DNA from: Eledone cirrhosa
Taxonomy: Eukaryota
Direction of reading: 5' to 3'
Assembly: GCA_964016885.1 (NCBI GenBank)
Contig: OZ024741.1
Location: forward strand, 401,884,001-401,948,000
DNA: 64,000 bases
Shown piece after piece: positions 12,001-25,226 of this stretch (position 1 is its first letter; each line of letters begins with the position of its first letter). A program made the translations under genes and the position numbers. A model generated the notes under the pieces. It was not told the origin of the DNA, ran no database searches, and saw only the letters and a program-made list of their open reading frames with translations.

Positions 12001-12489
12001 TTGTGAAGGCGCAAAAATAAAATTAGACTTTGACTATAATGAAAGGTTGTTATTATTGAGAGTGTGTGTGTCTGTGAAAGATAAACAGATAGGTAGAGAG
12101 TGTTGTCACCTGAGAACACTGGGGAATTCTAGGTCTGACAACATGTGTGGTGGAGAAAAGGGTGTGTGAGTGTGTGTTTCTGTATGTCCTAAGGAAAATC
12201 TGGGCTACAACTAGTGATGATAAAATGGAATATTTTTGGAGGTAAAATAAATAAATAAATAAAAATTAATTTAAAATACCAAAAACAAAAGCTTAACATT
12301 TTAAATGATTAAAACATAAAAACAAAAACACAATGACAAAACATTAAAATTCAATGAGATATGCAAACAGACATCTATGATTTTCTCATTTAAAAAAATA
12401 CTTTCACACCAACAGAAAAGTTAGTCTCAACCCAGAAACTAGTCTGCTCTGCTTTTTAATTTTTTTTGTAATTTTCTTTCTTTTAAAAT

Positions 12490-12694
12490 TTAACTCTTTA
12501 GCATTTAAACCAGCCATAACCGACCAGAGTTCACCAGAGCAACGTGAAATAAAGTGTCTTGCTCAAGGAAACAACACATCACCCGGTTCGAGAATTGAAC
12601 TCATAACCTCTCAATTGCAAGCCCAATGCTCTAACCACTAAGCCATGCACCTTCACAATAGTATATATAGAGTAATGTAAATGCTAAAGGATTA
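12490..12694. mobile_element. TTAA-flanked MITE remnant containing a truncated minus-strand tRNA-SINE head (about 12535-12654)
   Basis: ttaactctttagcattt...aaatgctaaaggattaa termini; internal reverse-complement A box TGGCTTAGTGG and B box GAGTTCAATTC. Confidence 0.65.
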
Positions 12695-12999
12695 AACACA
12701 ATCAGGTAAGTATTCATGTATGTATCTACATATGTATGAATATACAATTCAAGTATGTCTGTATAATTATTATGTTTTACCTTTTGATGAAGTGTTTGTA
12801 TCTGTGTACATTTATTCATACAGCCTAAACCCTGGAATGTTTTTTCTATTTTTAGGATTACTTAATGGTTTGTAGTTGCAATTCCTTGATTAGTTGTGGT
12901 CTTTTCTACTTCTGTAAAGACCAACTTGAAGATTTCTACTGACGCAGTTCAATAATCGAGTGCCCATATAATTACAAGTATATGTTATAATACAAATGC

Positions 13000-13230
13000 A
13001 TGACCTAATGGTTAAGGTGCTCAACATACGATCATGCTGTCAGTTCAATTCCTGGACAGGCTGTTGTGTTGTGTTCTTGAACAAAACACTTTATTTCACA
13101 TAGCTGAGAATGAGTACCAGCAGTAGCTGGGGAGTTAATCTTACAATAGACTAGCATCCTGTCCAGAGAGTCGTGCTCTCCGTCGTTTAACACCAAAGAA
13201 ACTAGGGATAAGCGTCGGCATGAGCTTTTG
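13000..13230 (+). mobile_element. decayed tRNA-derived SINE
   Basis: tgacctaatggtt..cagttcaattcc..tcttgaacaaaacactttatttcac, same head as 26631; a related minus-strand copy lies at about 50400-50645. Confidence 0.65.
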
Positions 13231-14882
13231 ATTTAAAACAGACTTTAATACAATATCTGTAATATCTGCGAGGTTTTGCATTTATTCAACATGACATTAT
13301 ATCTGCTGGACAACTCCTGTCCACACTTTTTTCTGTCCCAATTATATTGTCTAGTCTGTTAGAGGTTTTGACAGGAACATTCTAGCAGGATTCTATGCTT
13401 TCTGCATCTCTAATTTTTTTAATAATTTAATCTTTTCCATAAATAATTACATTATAAAGTGACCTGATAGGCAGATATATTGATAACATCTTCAGATAGC
13501 TGCTTATGATGTAGATCCTTGATATTCTACAGTGGCTGCAACTGCTGTTACATCTATGTATACATGCATGTATGATGTACAGAGTATGTATGCAAGCAAA
13601 TCATTTTGTTTAAAATTTATTAAACTTTACAACATAATCCTAATTTTTAATTAGAATTAAAATAATATAAGCAATGATTTTAATTGTATTTACAGTATTC
13701 TATTAAAACAGGATACAAGATATTGTGAATCCTTATAAATTACTTAAAAATAAGTGTACAGTATTCTACAGGTTTTTATACACAATAGCTGATATAGTAA
13801 AAAGTAATCTTCAAAAATGTTTAGAAGACAGAACCAACTGAGCAAAATCCACTTGTACAGAACAACCAAAAGGAACTCAAGGAAGAAAAAAAAAGAAAAA
13901 GAAAAAAAAAAAGCAATTTAAGATCACAAAGATCACAATTCAGTTCAAGAATGGTATTTATTAAGCATTAAAGAAGTTTTACTTTGTTGCTTATGTTTTA
14001 AGATTTTACCATTTTTGCTTTTCTTCTCTCATTTTGATGTACCAAACATGAACAAAAGGTATAGCTAGTAACTACCATCAATGGAAATGTTCTATTGAAA
14101 GACTTCATAATCCAAAACTCCATATAGGTAGTCATGATTTTAATGTCATATACAAAACATCCCTCATAATATCATTTTGTCTCCAGTTTAACAAGGATTA
14201 ATTAAACATGGAATGAACAGAATTAAACTTATGTTGTGGTCTGTATCATTAATTTAAAATATTTTCATGTGGATTAGCTGCAGTAAAATAATCACAATTA
14301 TAATTAAAGATTAAAACTGACATTAACTATAACAATGCATATACATGCTAGCCTTTTCTTGCTTTATTTTTGAAGAGTCCTACACTAGATTATCCACATG
14401 AAAAACAAATTTATATTAAAATTAAAATAATTGAAATATAAGAGACAATTCTGATCTTAAAGTTTGTCTTAAAGGGAGGAAGGGAAAAAAACCCCTACAA
14501 AACTAGAGAAGAAATGATATATGGAAGAGCAATGTTGTATTGGCTGCCCCCCAAACTATATTTTGAAGACCGATTTAATAGATTTCTAACTACCTTTCAT
14601 CAATCGTATAAGCTGTGGAGGGTAGGTACGTTTATATACATTGTACATACAAAACGCCATGTTACATCAGATATTCACAACACCAAAGTTTGTTTTTCTC
14701 GAGTCATCAATAGAAAATGTCAAATTTAAGTTTTATTTGAAGAGATGATTTTGTTTGAAATCTTTTCTCACACTGTAATAGTCTTGTATTTCTTCCCTTT
14801 CACCATCTAAACTGAAATAAAAACTTCTTCCTTTCCACTCTTCTCAAATATTACTTCTTAATGAATGCTTCTTGAAATTACA

Positions 14883-14888
14883 TTTATT
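14883..14888 (-). promoter_or_regulatory. candidate polyadenylation signal AATAAA of the RING gene
   Basis: AATAAA on the minus strand about 315 nt after the stop; other candidates lie further downstream in AT-rich DNA. Confidence 0.3.
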
Positions 14889-15202
14889 TCATGCTAACAT
14901 ATTAATTTTTTTTTTGTTTAAACTATCACACACAAGTGCAAGGGTTGATAATCTCTTTCATTTCCATATTTTAAATTAACATAGAAATTCAATAGATTAA
15001 AACAGACAAATTATACAGTCTTGATAATATATGAATGCTTGTGCATGGAGCAGTTTTTTTTTTGTTTGTTAAACATGCATTCATAAAAAATGCATGAATT
15101 AGGTCCAGGTTACATAAAAGTTAGAAGGTCCAAAAATAAAATCATTGAAAACAAAATGTTGGAAGGGAAGAAAATTTGAAGTGAGAAATTGAGGGATATT
15201 TT

Positions 15203-15295
15203 TCAGCTTAAATCCATAGAAGTCGAAGATGAATAGTGTTTTGCAGTTGTATCTCTTCCATTCAAGTCCTTTCTGCAAACTGGGCAGTTCCCATG
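15203..15295 (-). CDS. RNF115/RNF126-like: RNF115/RNF126-like terminal coding exon (HGNCPVCRKDLNGRDTTAKHYSSSTSMDLS*)
   Basis: Acceptor ctctttcttattgtag; completes the RING-H2 (CPVCR); TGA at 15205-15203. Confidence 0.95.
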   Translation of the reverse strand, partial: HGNCPVCRKDLNGRDTTAKHYSSSTSMDLS

Positions 15296-15414
15296 CTACA
15301 ATAAGAAAGAGAATGTTTAGAAAAGGTAAAATATGAATACAAATCTCTGCAAATATATTCTCCAATTGAAAATATAAACTAACTCTAGTTATGAGTATTA
15401 TTAATAGTTTATAT

Positions 15415-15770
15415 CAGTAGTTCAACCTTTTTATGTCAAAGAACAGTGTTGTGCAAGACAATTTCTCCATAAACCAATGGAAAGTGAGGAGCTGTGTTAG
15501 TCACATGCATAACAAAACACAATGAAGAGCATACTATATAATTTTATTATTAGATTTATACTGTAAATGTGACTCGACTCAACATAAGGTAGACTGAACT
15601 CGACATAAAGTAGACTACACTCGACATAAGGTAGACTGAACTCGACATAAGGCAGACTCCACTCGACATAAGGTAGACTGTGATAGTCAATAAAATGGAA
15701 GAAAAAGGTTTTATTCTTTTTGTGTGGCCTGCTACGAAATGGTCCATGGCTTGGTGGTTGGGGACCGGTG
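15415..15770. mobile_element. decayed hAT-like MITE with internal 21-bp tandem repeat (15573-15679, about 5 units)
   Basis: Ends cagtagttcaacctt and ggttggggaccggtg; unit ctcgacataaggtagactgaa. Confidence 0.45.
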
Positions 15771-17240
15771 GGTTACATGAAGGCTGTCGATTGGCAGAAT
15801 TGTTAGAGTATTGGACAAAATGCATTGTAGCATTTAGTTATGGCCCTTTACATTCTAAGTTTGAATCCTGCCAAGGACAGCATTGCCTTTTATCTTTCTG
15901 GAGTTAATACAATCTTATAGAATACAGTAGTTACAATTGAGGATAACTTGGTATCAGTAGAGACCATATCTTTGAAAATGGTTTTAGATGCCTATAATGT
16001 CAAAATGAGAAACAGGCACCTCCTCGATTGTTCTACATTGGACCTAGTGGAACATTGAAGATGTGGTTACTAGAGCATGGAAAGGACATAGTGGGACAAA
16101 AATGTGACAACTGGAAGGTGGAAAGGCTGCTCCAGCTCTGGGCTACTAGTACTTCACTGACAACAAAAGAATAACTATTCAACCTGACCTCAGAGTGGCA
16201 GTACATACCACCCCTTTCTATTCGGTGCTCTGTTTCTACCAATCAACACCTTTAACACGTATACTCTCCTTTCTTTAGCTGTCAACTCCCAATAAAGTCA
16301 TAAGAGTATCTAGGACATTTAATTCCTGATGGACCCTGTCCCTCATTAAGTTTTATCACAGTCAATTTCTTATCGATCCTGAATGAAAGGTCAAGATAAG
16401 GTGATCTACACAATAAAAGCACCCAGTACACACTGTAAAGTGGTTGGTTTAGGAAGGACATCCAGCTGTAGAAAGTTTGGTAAACAAGGAGTCGGGAGGA
16501 CCCTTCAGTTTGTGTCAAAAGACACAACTTCTCTGCACTTGACATGGCCATATGTAAGCAGGATGTAGACTCTTTGGCCTGTCTGTGAGGTCAGTAGCCT
16601 TGCCTCAGTACCAACTTGGTCTATGTAGACCTGTCCAACTCTTCTTTCAGGGAAAGCAGTTCTTAAACGATGATGATGCTACCCATGCAAGCATGGAAAA
16701 GTGGACATAAAAATGATATATATATAATTATCGTTTCACATCCATTTTCCACACTAGCATGGGTTAGCGAGTTGTCCTGTTGTGAGACAGCCAGATCAGA
16801 GCACCGTGTTTTGCTCACACAGAACTGATTTGGGGTTGGGTCTACAACTGGATGTTCTTCCTAATGCCATCCACCACATTTACATTGTGTACTGGGTGTT
16901 TTTTGTTGTGACACCTAACAACCACTTTACAGTGTGGACTAAATATACATATATATACACAATACATACACACAACAAAACTATTATCAGCAGTGTATGA
17001 GGAAATCGGATAAAAAATAGAATAAAGCAAGTTATTCAGAATAACAGTTTGATTAGTCATCTTGCTACTATAAATACATCTAAATATTCAGTTAAAATTA
17101 CAATATGACAAACATTGATATTTAAGTACATTTTGTACTTTTGTTATATATTAATGTATAATAATTTGAAGATATTCAAATTAAAATAAGTTAAAATAAA
17201 ATAAAAAAGATTTATTATAAGTACAATAAATTCTACGTAC

Positions 17241-17356
17241 CAATAATAACCACTGATCTATACAGTGTATGTGGTATTGATGCATGCAACCCAATTCTTT
17301 CACTTCTTCACTTAACTCAAATTCACTTAGACATATTGGACATTGGAGTTTTCTGT
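17241..17356 (-). CDS. RNF115/RNF126-like: RNF115/RNF126-like RING-H2 exon (D-RKLQCPICLSEFELSEEVKELGCMHQYHIHCIDQWLLL)
   Basis: Acceptor aatatcttttag, donor GTACGT; 116 nt, phase 1 to 0; C-x2-C-x14-C-x-H-x2-H-x2-C..W. Confidence 0.95.
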
Positions 17357-17665
17357 CTAAAAGATATTAAAAACAAATAACATTATAGACTGAAAAACTA
17401 CATTTCAGAGAAATACATCACATGTAACTGAAACATTTAAGCAGGAAATTTCAATGTTATTAATAATAATTTCTTCCTTCCTAACAACAAGTATATATTT
17501 TTAAATATGTGTTTACAGGGTTTTTAAACATGTAAAATAGAGTGAAGTGATTTGAAGAGATGTTACTTCAATACTGGATATACCATATATAGGATTTAAA
17601 GAAACATTTCAAAACTGAATGTACCACCATTACCCACTGTCTCATTCAAAGTAGAATGAAATGAT

Positions 17666-17887
17666 TTAACCTGCTAATATTTACATTTCTCTATATATAC
17701 TATTGTATTTTTGTGGTAAAGGCTTTATCTTACATAATTATCTCACATAATATCGAATCTATGAGATTTTGATATTTATTTTGAGAACAATACCTTAACA
17801 TCAGTATGAGTGACCAGTTATAGCCAGTTTGAAAAGAAAGAGGTGAGAGAATTCTGGCCAGATATCGCCGGTTTAAATGCTAAAGGG
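17666..17887. mobile_element. TTAA-type MITE, same family as 25020-25225
   Basis: Shared interior (atgagattttgatatt..tttgagaacaataccttaa) and aaatgctaaaggg end. Confidence 0.65.
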
Positions 17888-18325
17888 AACATTTCAAAAA
17901 TGGATGTACCATTACTCATTGTCCCTTTTAAAGTAGAATGAAACAATTTAAGGAAACATTATTTCAATACTGGACATTATCTAATTTTCCTTTGAAAATA
18001 GAGTGAAGAGATTTAAAGATACATTACTGTACTTCCAGACATACCATTATTCAGGATTTCAGACTAAACTTGGAGAGACTCGATGCCTGGTGAGGAAACA
18101 AGCACTGCCAAGTATTTCTAAGGCCCACTGAAATGTCAAATGACCAGAATAGTTTCCTAACAACTGGCTATACCAGTTACAGGAACTTGATTGATTGAAT
18201 AAAACCCTTCTGTTCTCCATGTTTCAAAGTTCACAATTGCTTTATTGGCATATTGGACTGTCACTTGTTTGTTCTCAGTATTACAAACAAATGAACACAC
18301 ATACAATAAACTCATCTTGTTTTCT

Positions 18326-18525
18326 TAAACAAACATTCATGAAAATACATGAATAAGGTCTAGGTTACGTAAAAGAGGTTTAAAAAATATTAAATAAGTA
18401 TTGAAAACAAAATGTGAGAAGGAAAGAAAATCTGAAGTAAGAAATTGAAGAGTTTTTTATATAGCTTATATGCAGACACACCAAAGATGTATAGTATTTT
18501 GTAGTTATTCTGTAAACTGGGTACT
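18326..18525 (-). pseudogene. decayed duplicate of the terminal exon and proximal 3'UTR of the RING gene
   Basis: Aligns by eye with 15069-15290 (cattcat..aggttac.taaaag..attgaaaacaaaatgt..gaagt.agaaattga..ttctg.aaactggg), with an internal deletion and no intact acceptor. Confidence 0.75.
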
Positions 18526-19479
18526 TTAAACACATTTATATAGATTTATATAGACACATCAAAGATCTATAGTATTTTGTAGTTATTCTACATTTAAAAA
18601 TATTTATTTAAGACTTATTGAAATTTCCTGCTTTAATTTTTACAGCTATAGAAACAGAAAAGAAATTTTAAAAGCAATTATATACGGCCAAAATGGCGAC
18701 AAGGAAGGTCGCTTGACCACGTCTTGACCAAACAAAATATAATATTTTCACCAAAAACTGCCCTTTAAACACATGTCAGATGGATTACAATATTCATTAT
18801 TACAATTACTTTGACTGTTCCCTGACAACTAGTACCAGATTCAAGATAGAATTATCTTAACGAAGTATATTTAATTTGACTTGATTTTCGCCAACAAACC
18901 ACATGTGGACATGGACGGGGAAAAAGGAAAAAAACAAAACAAATCACTACATCCCTTAAGGATCGCAGTAAGTACTCCACAAAACATATAAACAACAATA
19001 TACACACAGATTTATATACAGATATATACCATATGCATATACACACACGTGAAAAGAAACCACACTATTTCGTGTGAGACACTATACCAGCCAATTTTAC
19101 CAATTTACATTGGTAAAATATTTCTGAACATTGACTTCGCTTCTAACCCACATACACCTTTTAATTATATATATATACTAGCAGCTGAAAGTTAATAATT
19201 TGAAAAAAATATTATTGAAAGTTTATTATAAAGAAGCAGTATCAGGAAAAAAAAAACGTTATTTCGCTGTTAATAAACAATTGCCTTCTACAGTACGTTT
19301 CATTTAACTTACGCAGCATATTTATTTGTTTACATGCACAGACTCTTCTGTACACACACAACATTTAGGAAAACGGAAACAAAATACACAAAAAAACAAA
19401 ACAAAAAAACAGACATTTTATTTCTATCGTAATTAAGTGCGCTAAACCTATATTGTTTACATTCTGTGTTTTTCTACGG

Positions 19480-22400
19480 ATGGGCAGAAATAACAAAATT
19501 GCCATGGTGATATCCATTGATGAAGTATGCGACAAAACTGGTCGATGTTCCAAAATAGAACAGTGCCCAGAAGATCACACCTGCCATATCTGTACGGAAC
19601 CCGAAAACTCGTTCCGTAATCGCTGGGTCGAATGTGGAACCTGTCGCATCTCTGTCTGCCTTCAATGCGCCACAGGCTTCCGGAAGATCCCAGGCCAAAA
19701 TAAGAAACATCATATTGCTACAATGGATAGACTCTGGGAGATGGTCCAGCTAACAAACTGGTCGTTTCAGTGCCTGGACTGTATGCCTGCTTCTCCCATT
19801 GCTGCGGAACAACAACAACAACAAAAACCAAAGATCGTGTCTTCTACCATTGTTCCCGAATAACAACAACAAAAACCCGAGGATCGTGTCTTCCTCTACC
19901 ATTGTTCCTGAACAACAGCAAAAAGCAATGACCGTAGCTTCTGCTACTACCCCCGTTGAAGGACTTCATCAACAACAGCAACCTATGTCTTCCTCACCCG
20001 TTACTTTTCAACAACAACAACAACCAACGACTGTGTCTTCTACCATGCCTGTTGAAGGAGAAGAACAACAACAAAAACCGACCGTCAATACGAAGTTTGA
20101 GGAAATACGGCAAATGATTTCCGCTTTAAGTCAAGAAATAGCGGAAATAAAATTAAGCATTCGTGTAGAACCCCACAATGAGGGATCTTACCGGAGTGCC
20201 TTGTTAAAAAATCTCCGCGTACCTCATGTTGAACCTAGACGCATTGAGAATGCCACTGGTGTGCCGGAAGACATAGTTGATCTTCAGGCATTTGCTACCA
20301 GTTCATCCAAAGACCTGGGCTGTGCTCCCGCAAAGGGTGCTCTACGCCTTGGCCGACCAGGCCCGAAACCCAGGTTAATTAGACTGTCGTTTTCAAACTC
20401 AACTGAGGCACGTTCATACCTTGTAGCCTCTGATAAAGCTAGGCATGAAAGTCGGATTGCTTTCCGAACACGCCCTGGTCTTCCACCTGATGTCCGCCCA
20501 AAGTTGCGTGCTGCAGCTTCCCTAAACCGCAGCTCGGCAGAACATGAAAGCTTCAGCCTATGAGATGGGCAGATATGGAAGTTTGTTAAGGCTGGCGAAT
20601 CATGGAAAAGAGACACCAGCTGGTCTGAAAACACTGTACCCACAACAACTGACAATAAAGAAACTGAAAAAACTCTGGGAAACTAAATCAGAACAACCTG
20701 CCATCCCCTGCACATAATCATAGACTGGAATCAAAGTACAAACTGTTGTCCTTGAATGCACGTAGTCTATGCAATAAGATTCATCTTTTTGACTCCTACG
20801 TCAAAAGTATCAAGCCGGACTTCATTACAGTCACGGAAACTTGGGCACATCCCTTACTCTGTGATGGGGTTTTCAGCATGACTGGCTACAACCTGTTTCG
20901 TAAAGACCGTATTAATCGTCGTGGTGGTGGTGTAATGGTCTACGTTCGGTCAAATCTGTCGGCAATTCCTTGTGCTGATTTGAACCAATCACAGCAGGAA
21001 GTTTTTTTCTGCGATATACGTATGACCATGTCAACTTGGAGTCGTTTACCGTCCCCCAAATTACCCTCAGGACACTCAACTTTGTGATATCCTCAGAGCT
21101 GCTGCCAGGAAGACAGCCACTTATGTTTTCATTGCAGGTGACTTCAATCACCCTGAGATTGACTGGGAGACCTTTCGTTGGCCGCCAAGTGCAAATGACT
21201 TCCTTGAGCTGGTGCTGGACTCGAGTTAGTCCCAGGTGGTCACCTCCCCAATGAGAGGTGACAACACTTTGGACCTACTCTTCACCACTACTCCTGAAAC
21301 GGTCATTAGTGTTACTGCTGAGGAACCTTTGGATGATTCTGATCATGCTATGATCATTGCCAATCTATCCCTCATGGGCAGTAACAAGAACCACAACCAT
21401 CTCCAAACTGCTCACTTTGACTGGAATAAAGCAGACTGGAACTGTTACTGCACCGAGTTGCAACGGCCAAACTGGCTTGAGTTCTACGACTCTGGAGATG
21501 TCAACACTGTACTCCAGAACATCCTGAGCTCAATATGGACAGCATGTGCAGCATCGGTGCCACGTAAGCGGAAAAAACATCCCAAAAGCGGAATTTGGGA
21601 GACTGCAGCAGTCCGTCTTGCCAGAAAAGAACGGCGCAATGCTGAACGTGAGTACAAACTTCACAAATCAGACATTAATAGGAAGAGGCGAAATAGATCG
21701 TCCAACCACCTCAAACAGGTGACAAAAAAGGCAGTGCTTCAATTTGAGCAGCGCATAGCAACCAGCCCTGACAGTAAGGTGTTCTGGAAGTATGTTCACT
21801 CAAAGCAGAGGCCTCACTCTCCAGTTGGTCCTCTTCGCAATCCCCACACAAGCCAGGTTACTGACGACCCCAAGGAATGCGCAGAGCTCATTGCTGAATG
21901 CTATGCAGGCATTTTCACTATTGAAGACCAGAGTGTACCACCTCCACCACCTATGACACCAGACTCTATTACAACCATGGAATTTACACCTGCAATGCTG
22001 CGATGTCACCTAAAAAATAAACGCAACCATGCCTCTCCTGGTCTTGATGGTGTTACGTACCTGCTTCTTAAACGTGGTGGGTACTTCCTTCTACACCAGT
22101 TATCACGCTTCTTCCAATTCTGTCTGAACAACAGTGCTACTCCAGAACAGTGGAAAACTGGCAGTGTCATTCCTCTGATCAAAAAGGGTGACCGCACATC
22201 ACCTGTGAACTATCGTCCAGTCAGTCTTACTAGTTGCATTGCCAAACTGATGGAATCCTGTGTCAGAGAAACACTTTGGAACTTCTGGAGCTCTCACAGT
22301 CTTATCCGGCCCTCGCAATTTGGATTTATCCCCAACTCCAGCTGCTGTGATCAACTTATAGAGTTTCTTGAGGACATCACCCGGATCACTGATGGCGGCT

Positions 22401-23545
22401 CATGGGTGGATGTTGTTTACCTTGACTTTGCGAAGGCCTTCAATTCTGTGCCACACAAAAGGCTAATGGCAAAACTCTCTGCAATGGGTGTGAAGGATGA
22501 TCTTTTTAACTGGTTGAAGTCCTTCATTCTCAGTCGAAGAGAGGTAGTCACGGTTCTGGGACAGCATTCCTCACCATATGAGATGTCATCTGGTGTACCA
22601 CAGGGATCTGTTCTTGGCCCCCTTTTGGTTGTGGCATATATTATGACATAGATGCCAACTTAAGGAATGCCACAGTACTAAAGTACGCAGATGACATCAA
22701 GATGTACCTTGAGATAAAAAGGACAGATCCTGAACACTATAGATCTTGCTTGCAGTCTGACCTGGACACAATGCAACAATGGATCTCAGACTGGCAACTC
22801 AAGCTAGCTGTGGACAAGTGCACCACCATGCACTAATATCAAGAAGTCTTCCTGTGAACGTGACCTGGGCATTACGGTCATCAGCGATTTGCGTTGGACG
22901 AGGCACGTCTCTAAAATTGTCAAGAGGGCCGAGGGTGTCTTAGCATCACTCAGCAAGACCTTTGTCAGCCGCTCTCCAGATATCTATTTAAGGCTGTATA
23001 CAGCTATGGTGCGACCACACTTAGAATTTGCATCACCAGTCTGGAACCGCCATCTTGCTCAGGACATTGACCGCCTAGAAACTGTTCAGAGACGTGCAAC
23101 CAAGCGAATACCCTCCATCAAGCATCTACCATACACTGAGCGCCTTGCTTCCCTGGGCATAGATACATTGAAGCTCCGACGCCTGGCAACTGACTTGGTA
23201 AACACCCACAAAATTGTTAACCATGTTGCCAACAACAACCCTGAGTACCTTTTTGATTTCCATGTGTCTAACACACGTGGACATGCCCACAAAGTAAGAA
23301 AACAGCACAATTCCCATGACTTTCGGAAACACTTTTTCACGCTCAGAGTTGCTGAAGCATGGAACAAACTACCTGCATCAGTTGTTAGCTGTCGAGACAC
23401 TGCATCCTTTAAGGCCTCCATGCTTCCCGAGATCCGCCAACACTACAGCTAACACATACACACATGTACTTCCCTGACATTTGTGTATTATTCTATGTAC
23501 TATATTGACGAGTTGTAGTGCACCTGAGCACTTTACACAATAATT

Positions 23546-23576
<31 letters not shown>
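19480..23576 (+). mobile_element. near full-length decayed CR1 LINE (ORF1 with PHD-like finger; ORF2 APE-RT; (ATT)n tail)
   Basis: ORF1 19480 to about 20686 (CHIC..CGTC..C..C..CLDC, Q-rich repeats, LRLGR..PRLIRL) and ORF2 about 20700-23452 (NARS, VTETW, GDFN, LDL, SDH, NYRPVSLTS, YLDFAKAF, YADD, RPHLEFAS), with several stops and frameshifts; 3' GTGCACCTGAGCAC then (ATT)n. Confidence 0.93.
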
Positions 23577-23738
23577 AGTCTAAATCTGATAACATCAAAA
23601 TATTATGTGTTTAAGAGGTGTCTCCTTTTCATTGTTGGTTGACAGTACATCTAAGTTGACATATCATGTTGGTAATCTGACAGATGGTACAAAATACTCT
23701 TTAAGTGCCAAACATTGGATAAGATACATTGTCTAGAT

Positions 23739-24194
23739 CAGTGGTTCCCAAACTTTTTTTATCGTGGAACCCCTTGACATTATTTTAAAAATAATGGAAC
23801 CCTTATCTAAAATAAAACATATTATATTGACAAGGAGCAAACGTTTATTGATACAGGATACAGCACATGCTCACCATGTGAGACTTGGTACCTATGTTAC
23901 GTTTAAGAGAGAACTTAAATATTCAAATGAGATTCAAATACGTAAGTTTATTGTAAAAAGTTATAAATCTGATTATAATTCTGGGTATTACACGGTGATC
24001 ACAGTACACCCTTAACAATGGAATACTACAACCCAACTGAACGATTTGGCTGAGAGCTCCGCAGTGTAACACTCTTTGCATGTTTATATGAGGAGTATAT
24101 ACAGATCATACACGTTACAACTTGTTAGTCTTTACTTTTATAGTAAACTTCAACTTGCGTCTCACGGAACCCCTGGCCACTTTGGGAACCACTG
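23739..24194. mobile_element. hAT (Charlie-type) MITE
   Basis: TIR CAGTGGTTCCCAAA / TTTGGGAACCACTG; perfect 8-bp TSD GTCTAGAT at 23731-23738 and 24195-24202. Confidence 0.92.
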
Positions 24195-24367
24195 GTCTAG
24201 ATATACTGTAGTAACATTCTAATTTAATCAACTTCAATATAATTACATAGCAAAACTATTTCATCATACCTATATAATATTATAGCTTATATATGTATAG
24301 AACATTTTAATTAAATTTAGTTATGTAAGTTTTACTTGGACTAATGCAGATGTAGACATATATTCTC

Positions 24368-24452
24368 TATAGAAATGACTTCTACAAGACTAGAACTGTT
24401 TCATTCAAATGAAATTCATACAAATTCTAGTCCTGTAGAAGTCATTTCTATA
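24368..24452. repeat. 85-bp fold-back palindrome (mini-MITE-like)
   Basis: tatagaaatgacttctaca.gactagaa pairs with ttctagtc.tgtagaagtcatttctata. Confidence 0.8.
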
Positions 24453-24561
24453 TATAACAAAGTTGCCTATACTCTACCAACATATTAAGTACCTTTTTTA
24501 AATGTAGTCCCCCCCCCCCCACACACACACTCTACCCAACGAGAATCTATACACACACACA

Positions 24562-24600
24562 TAATAATGAAATGACTGTGTACAGTGCTCAGGTGCACTG
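24562..24600 (-). mobile_element. CR1 extreme 3'-end fragment
   Basis: Reverse complement of 23517-23555. Confidence 0.7.
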
Positions 24601-25019
24601 TATATATACACACACACACACACTGACCTCCTAAACTGTAATATTGCATCATTTCTATACTTTCATTTTCTAGATGCTATTTAAAATATATTAAAAATGA
24701 GTTTGATTCATTTATTATCTGACACTGACACCATCTCACAGGTCCAACAAAGGACACTATTTATGTGGGAACCAGATATTGGTTCAACATCCGACATGAA
24801 TGTGCCAACCTCCATTTTCATGTCTGTTTTGTTGTTTAAGCCATTCTGGGAAGGGTTCATGTGTGACTGCATCAATGAGTTCCCCTCATGTGAAGTGGGG
24901 GAGGAGTATGTGACCGACTCGACAGAGGCACTGTTTAAGTAGAAATTGTAGGAGGGAATCAATCCAGCAGTGGCAACGAATTTCGGAGTTTGGCACAAAA
25001 CCAAATGCTCGACTATGGA

Positions 25020-25226
25020 TTAACCCTTTACCATTTACATTACTTTCTATATACCATTGTATTTTCATGGTAAACACTTTATCTCTTATAATATCAAAGC
25101 TATGAGATTTTGATATTATTTATTTTGAGAACAATACCTTAATATAAGTATGAATGGCTAGTTACAGCTGGTTTGAACAGAAAAAGGTGAGAGGATTCTG
25201 GCTGGATAAAATGCTAAAGGATTAAG
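25020..25226. mobile_element. TTAA-flanked (piggyBac-like) MITE
   Basis: TTAA-CCCTTTACCATTT ... AAATGCTAAAGGA-TTAA. Confidence 0.7.

Noticed and set aside
14732-14812. Acceptor-like tttatttcag followed by LDGEREEIQDYY..*
   Set aside because: Lies downstream of the true stop in the presumed 3'UTR; no compatible donor identified.
24708-25004. 98-aa minus-strand ORF with an acceptor-like aaacag at about 24931, as a possible alternative last exon
   Set aside because: In the phase required by the upstream exon it stops after about 18 codons, and no similarity is recognisable.
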